DNA from: Verrucomicrobiota bacterium
GTDB taxonomy: Bacteria; Verrucomicrobiota; Verrucomicrobiia; Opitutales; Coraliomargaritaceae
DNA: 64,000 nt
Direction of reading: 5' to 3'
NCBI GenBank assembly: GCA_009908325.1
Contig: JAAAPI010000101.1
Location: 17,117-81,116, forward strand
Part shown: one piece after another, positions 59,621-64,000 of the stretch
How positions within the stretch are numbered: the stretch's first letter is position 1
Layout of the letters: each line of letters opens with the position of its first letter
The notes under the pieces: model-generated
What the model saw: only the letters and a program-made list of their open reading frames with translations
Database searches by the model: none
Told to the model about the DNA's origin: nothing
Made by a program: the position numbers and the translations under genes

Positions 59621-61226
59621 TCGAACTAGAACGCTGGTCCGTAGGGGCGTCACTTGTGACGACCGCATCACGCTGATCTGTAGGGGCGTCACTCGTGACG
59701 ACCGCGCCCGCCTGGCCCGCACAAGGCACGCCGGTCGTAGGGGCGTCACTTGTGACGACCGCGCCCGCCTCGCCCGCACAAGGCACGCCGGTCGTAGGGG
59801 CGTCACTTGTGACGACCGCGCCGCCTTGGCCTAACCCCAGACCTGCGGTCTTCACAAGTGAAGCCCCTACGACGCCGGTAAATTTACCCTTCTCATCCAG
59901 CGGCAGAGCCGCCACCCAAACCACTTCTTTCGGTATCTTAAACCTCGCAAGCACCCCCTCTAACTCGGTCTTCCAGTCGCCCAGCTGGCGCCCGGTATAA
60001 AACACCACCAATCGCTCCCCCCATTCCGCATCGGGCACCCCGACGGCCAAGGCCTCATCGACGCCATCCAATCGGCAAAACGCCCGCTCCACTTCGAGCG
60101 GATCAATCTTCTCACCGCCGCTGTTGATTAAACGATCCGCACGTCCAATCACATGGAGACGCCCGGCCTCGTCCAAGTAACCAACATCGTCGGCGACATA
60201 ACCGGCACTCAAATCCATAGGCTCCCGACCGTGATAACCTTTAAAGAGCGCCGGGCTCCCAATCCGAATCCGTCCGTCGGCCTCAATCCCAAACCGGGCA
60301 CCGCCAAGCGCCACGGCTCCGGCCCCGTAGTCCTTATCAAAATCCTCCTTCGGAACCGCTGCCACCATCGCAGCCGTCTCCGTCATTCCGTAAACCGGCA
60401 CAACCGGCAGCTTCAGTTCGCGCACCTTTTCAGCGACGCCCTCGGCAAGCGCAGCGCCGCCGACGAATATCGCCCGCGCCTTCACCAACTCTCTCAAAAG
60501 CTTTGGCTTCCCAATCGCTCGTTGTAATTGCGTCGGCACATACGAAAGGCACCGCCCCGCCACATCGGCCTCGTCAAAGCGGATGGACCCACCTGAGTGA
60601 TAGGCCCGCAGCAGCTGCATGAGTCCGCTCACATGGTAAAGCGGCAGCACACAGCAGCTGTTAACTGGCCCGCCCCCAAGGAAACGCTGCACACCCGCGC
60701 AGGCCGCCGCCAACGTTTCCCAGTCATGGATCGCAAGTTTCACACCACCTGTGCTCCCACCCGTCGGAATCAGAATCGCCCCCGCCTCCAACGCGCCCCC
60801 ATTCGTAGGGGCTTCACTTGCCGCGCCCGGCGTAGCTCCCGAGCGAAGCGGGGTGAAGACCGCGTCAGGTTGGCCCACAGAAGGCACGGCCTTCGCAGGG
60901 GCTTCACTTGCGATGCCCGGCATAGAGCCCCCATTGGCTTCAGCCCCAAAACCAAGCACCGGCGCAACCAACCCGGCGAACGCCTCCCACTCCTGTTCCC
61001 CCCAATTCGGATTGGCCAGCACCACAGGAAACCGCAACGAGACCGTCGCAAAAAACGCCACCGCAAATTTCACGGGATCACGCTCGCAGAGCAACGCCCC
61101 CCGGCAACGCAGCTCCTCCGGGACCGCCAGCAGCCGCAGGTGCGCAGCCTCGAATTTCTCCATAAATACCCGCCCCGAAACCCCTTCGATCCAATCACGG
61201 CGAATCTGCTTTAAATCGAATTCCAT
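59046..61226 (-). CDS. menE: MenE (o-succinylbenzoate-CoA ligase-like) fused in frame to a REP-derived linker and a C-terminal RAYT domain
   Basis: PTGGSTGGVK, YGMTETA, D.G.LD, GRAD.LINSGGEKI, P....GK; no stop; (AVVTSDAPT)x4 linker; then RKGRISIPGARYFIT...MPDHVH...WQRDFYDHRLR...YTFLNP. Confidence 0.9.
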   Translation of the reverse strand: MEFDLKQIRRDWIEGVSGRVFMEKFEAAHLRLLAVPEELRCRGALLCERDPVKFAVAFFATVSLRFPVVLANPNWGEQEWEAFAGLVAPVLGFGAEANGGSMPGIASEAPAKAVPSVGQPDAVFTPLRSGATPGAASEAPTNGGALEAGAILIPTGGSTGGVKLAIHDWETLAAACAGVQRFLGGGPVNSCCVLPLYHVSGLMQLLRAYHSGGSIRFDEADVAGRCLSYVPTQLQRAIGKPKLLRELVKARAIFVGGAALAEGVAEKVRELKLPVVPVYGMTETAAMVAAVPKEDFDKDYGAGAVALGGARFGIEADGRIRIGSPALFKGYHGREPMDLSAGYVADDVGYLDEAGRLHVIGRADRLINSGGEKIDPLEVERAFCRLDGVDEALAVGVPDAEWGERLVVFYTGRQLGDWKTELEGVLARFKIPKEVVWVAALPLDEKGKFTGVVGASLVKTAGLGLGQGGAVVTSDAPTTGVPCAGEAGAVVTSDAPTTGVPCAGQAGAVVTSDAPTDQRDAVVTSDAPTDQRSSSRLLERKTQNLRKGRISIPGARYFITICTKDRKTALTRAEVAESVLDVWRLQHLDGDYTFHCGTSMPDHVHFLVTLGARLSVGQCIVKFKAKTKNSLLVSGLSWQRDFYDHRLRANDAMEGFAKYTFLNPYRKSLLPCQEVWPHWNISREYRPEFLQYLDGSGAPPEVWVRKPMDIRRLIEEDLRSEENPPD
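59641..59870. repeat. tandem REP family A array (4 direct + 1 inverted)
   Basis: GTAGGGGCGTCACTYGTGACGACCGC at 59641, 59680, 59737, 59794 (spacings 39, 57, 57); inverted copy 59845-59870. Confidence 0.92.
60805..60918. repeat. two family A REPs inside the menE coding region, the first with a nested 33-bp insert
   Basis: GTAGGGGCTTCACTTG[60821-60853]TGAAGACCGCG and GCAGGGGCTTCACTTGCGATGCCC, 90 bp apart. Confidence 0.85.
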
Positions 61227-62191
61227 ATCCTTTCCGGATCGTAAGCGCGACGGACCGCTTCGCAAATCTTCGGCTTCGAATCGATGGGGTTCAACGCATC
61301 CCCAAACGCATCCACCGTATCAAAGCCAACCGGACGCTCCGCCGCCGGAAGGGCATCGACGACCCTCAAACTGCTTTCCAATCCAATGCCCGTCTCAAAA
61401 ACCGAAGACAGCACCACCTGATCGGCAACAGGCCTCAACCGAGATGCCAGTGCCTCCACACCACCCATCAAGGCGGCTTTGATCACCAGCGGCCCCCGCC
61501 AGGCCCCGGGCTCAAGCCACCTTCCCCCGTGCGCCCCGTTCAATGATTCGTCCAACGCGATCGCCACACCCGACGCCGCACTCAGCTCCGCCATGACTGC
61601 TTCTTCACCACAAGCCAGCGGCTGTTCAAGATAATCAACTTTGTCCGGAAACTTCCCCAACACATCCAGCCATCGCTCCAAATCGGTCCGCGTCAACCCA
61701 CCATTCGCGTCGAGGCGCAGTTGAACTCCCGAAGGTAGACCTTTCAGGAGTTCCCCGGCCAACCGAAGCTCCTCCCTGATCGGCTCCACCCCAATTTTCC
61801 ATTTCAGGCTGCGATACCCCGCCGCCACCTTCTCACCGGATTTTTCAAGCCCAGCCGATCCTGCCGGCAAAAACGCACTGACCGCATACGAACGCATCGC
61901 CGTGCCACCCCAGCCACTCCGCAAAGCAGCCGACAGCGCAAACGCACAACACGGCAAATCCTCCGGCACCGCCCGCCCCGGATCGTTAGTCAGCTCCTGC
62001 AAAAAAGCCTCAGCCGCCGCTACCGTCTCCGAACCAAACTCCGGCAGCGGAGCGACCTCCCCGTAGCCAACAGCCCCGTCACGTTCCACCCGCAGCAAAA
62101 ACCCCTCACGCACCGCCCACGCACCCCGGGCAGTGCGAAGCGGCTGGCGAAAGCGGCGTTCGTAGCGTTTGACTGTAATAGAGCGATTCAT
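61211..62191 (-). CDS. menC: o-succinylbenzoate synthase
   Basis: GEVAPLPEF, KWKIG, LRLDANG, YLEQP, IALDES, VLSSVFET; overlaps the menE start. Confidence 0.9.
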   Translation of the reverse strand: MNRSITVKRYERRFRQPLRTARGAWAVREGFLLRVERDGAVGYGEVAPLPEFGSETVAAAEAFLQELTNDPGRAVPEDLPCCAFALSAALRSGWGGTAMRSYAVSAFLPAGSAGLEKSGEKVAAGYRSLKWKIGVEPIREELRLAGELLKGLPSGVQLRLDANGGLTRTDLERWLDVLGKFPDKVDYLEQPLACGEEAVMAELSAASGVAIALDESLNGAHGGRWLEPGAWRGPLVIKAALMGGVEALASRLRPVADQVVLSSVFETGIGLESSLRVVDALPAAERPVGFDTVDAFGDALNPIDSKPKICEAVRRAYDPERIWNSI

Positions 62192-62201
62192 TTGCAAGAT
62201 C

Positions 62202-62273
62202 GTAGGCGCGTCACTTATGACGACCGTATCACGCTGGATTGTAGGGGCGTCACTTGTGACGACCGCGTCACGC
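62202..62273. repeat. two tandem family A REPs upstream of menC
   Basis: GTAGGCGCGTCACTTATGACGACC (62202) and GTAGGGGCGTCACTTGTGACGACC (62241); 39-bp period. Confidence 0.88.
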
Positions 62274-62379
62274 AGAGTATGAAAGCACCTCACGCAACCG
62301 TCACCAATGAAACCAATCTGATTTCCGCTCCATAATCATTTCTCCTTGAGAAAAGACAATCTTTTGCTGGAGTCAGCCC

Positions 62380-63954
<1,575 letters not shown>

Positions 63955-64000
63955 ACAACATGTAATCTGATTGAAAGGCGATTCCACCGGATCCCGTAGT

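Noticed and set aside
59641-59870. CRISPR-like repeat array
   Set aside because: Spacers are near-identical to each other and only 13-31 bp, repeats are GTAG-tagged REPs also found dispersed and inverted, and no cas genes are present.

Overview
GC-rich bacterial chromosomal window; gene content and order suggest Verrucomicrobiota (Opitutia/Coraliomargarita-like), which is inference only. The backbone is housekeeping: serA, rlmH, cls, oppA, pfkA, purB, murA, dapF, glpD/glpK, accD, folC, prfA/prmC, fumC, ftsK, slyD, glnD, menE/menC and guaB. It is punctuated by small accessory insertions: five toxin-antitoxin-type pairs, an NgoMIV-like R-M system, an MmeI/YeeA-like R-M gene followed by HEPN and DUF6338-like genes, and several internally deleted remnants. 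The main signal is that REP-associated HUH (Y1) tyrosine transposase (RAYT/TnpA-REP) domains sit inside host proteins twice, independently, joined by linkers translated from their own REP palindromes. One is fused to the C-terminus of MenE with no intervening stop. The other is inserted in a loop of the R-M methyltransferase between motifs I and IV and carries one +1 frameshift. At least six REP/REPIN families are present, and a 24-33 bp CTTCG-containing mini-element has inserted into the centre of REPs of three different families. No tRNA, rRNA or CRISPR array was recognised.
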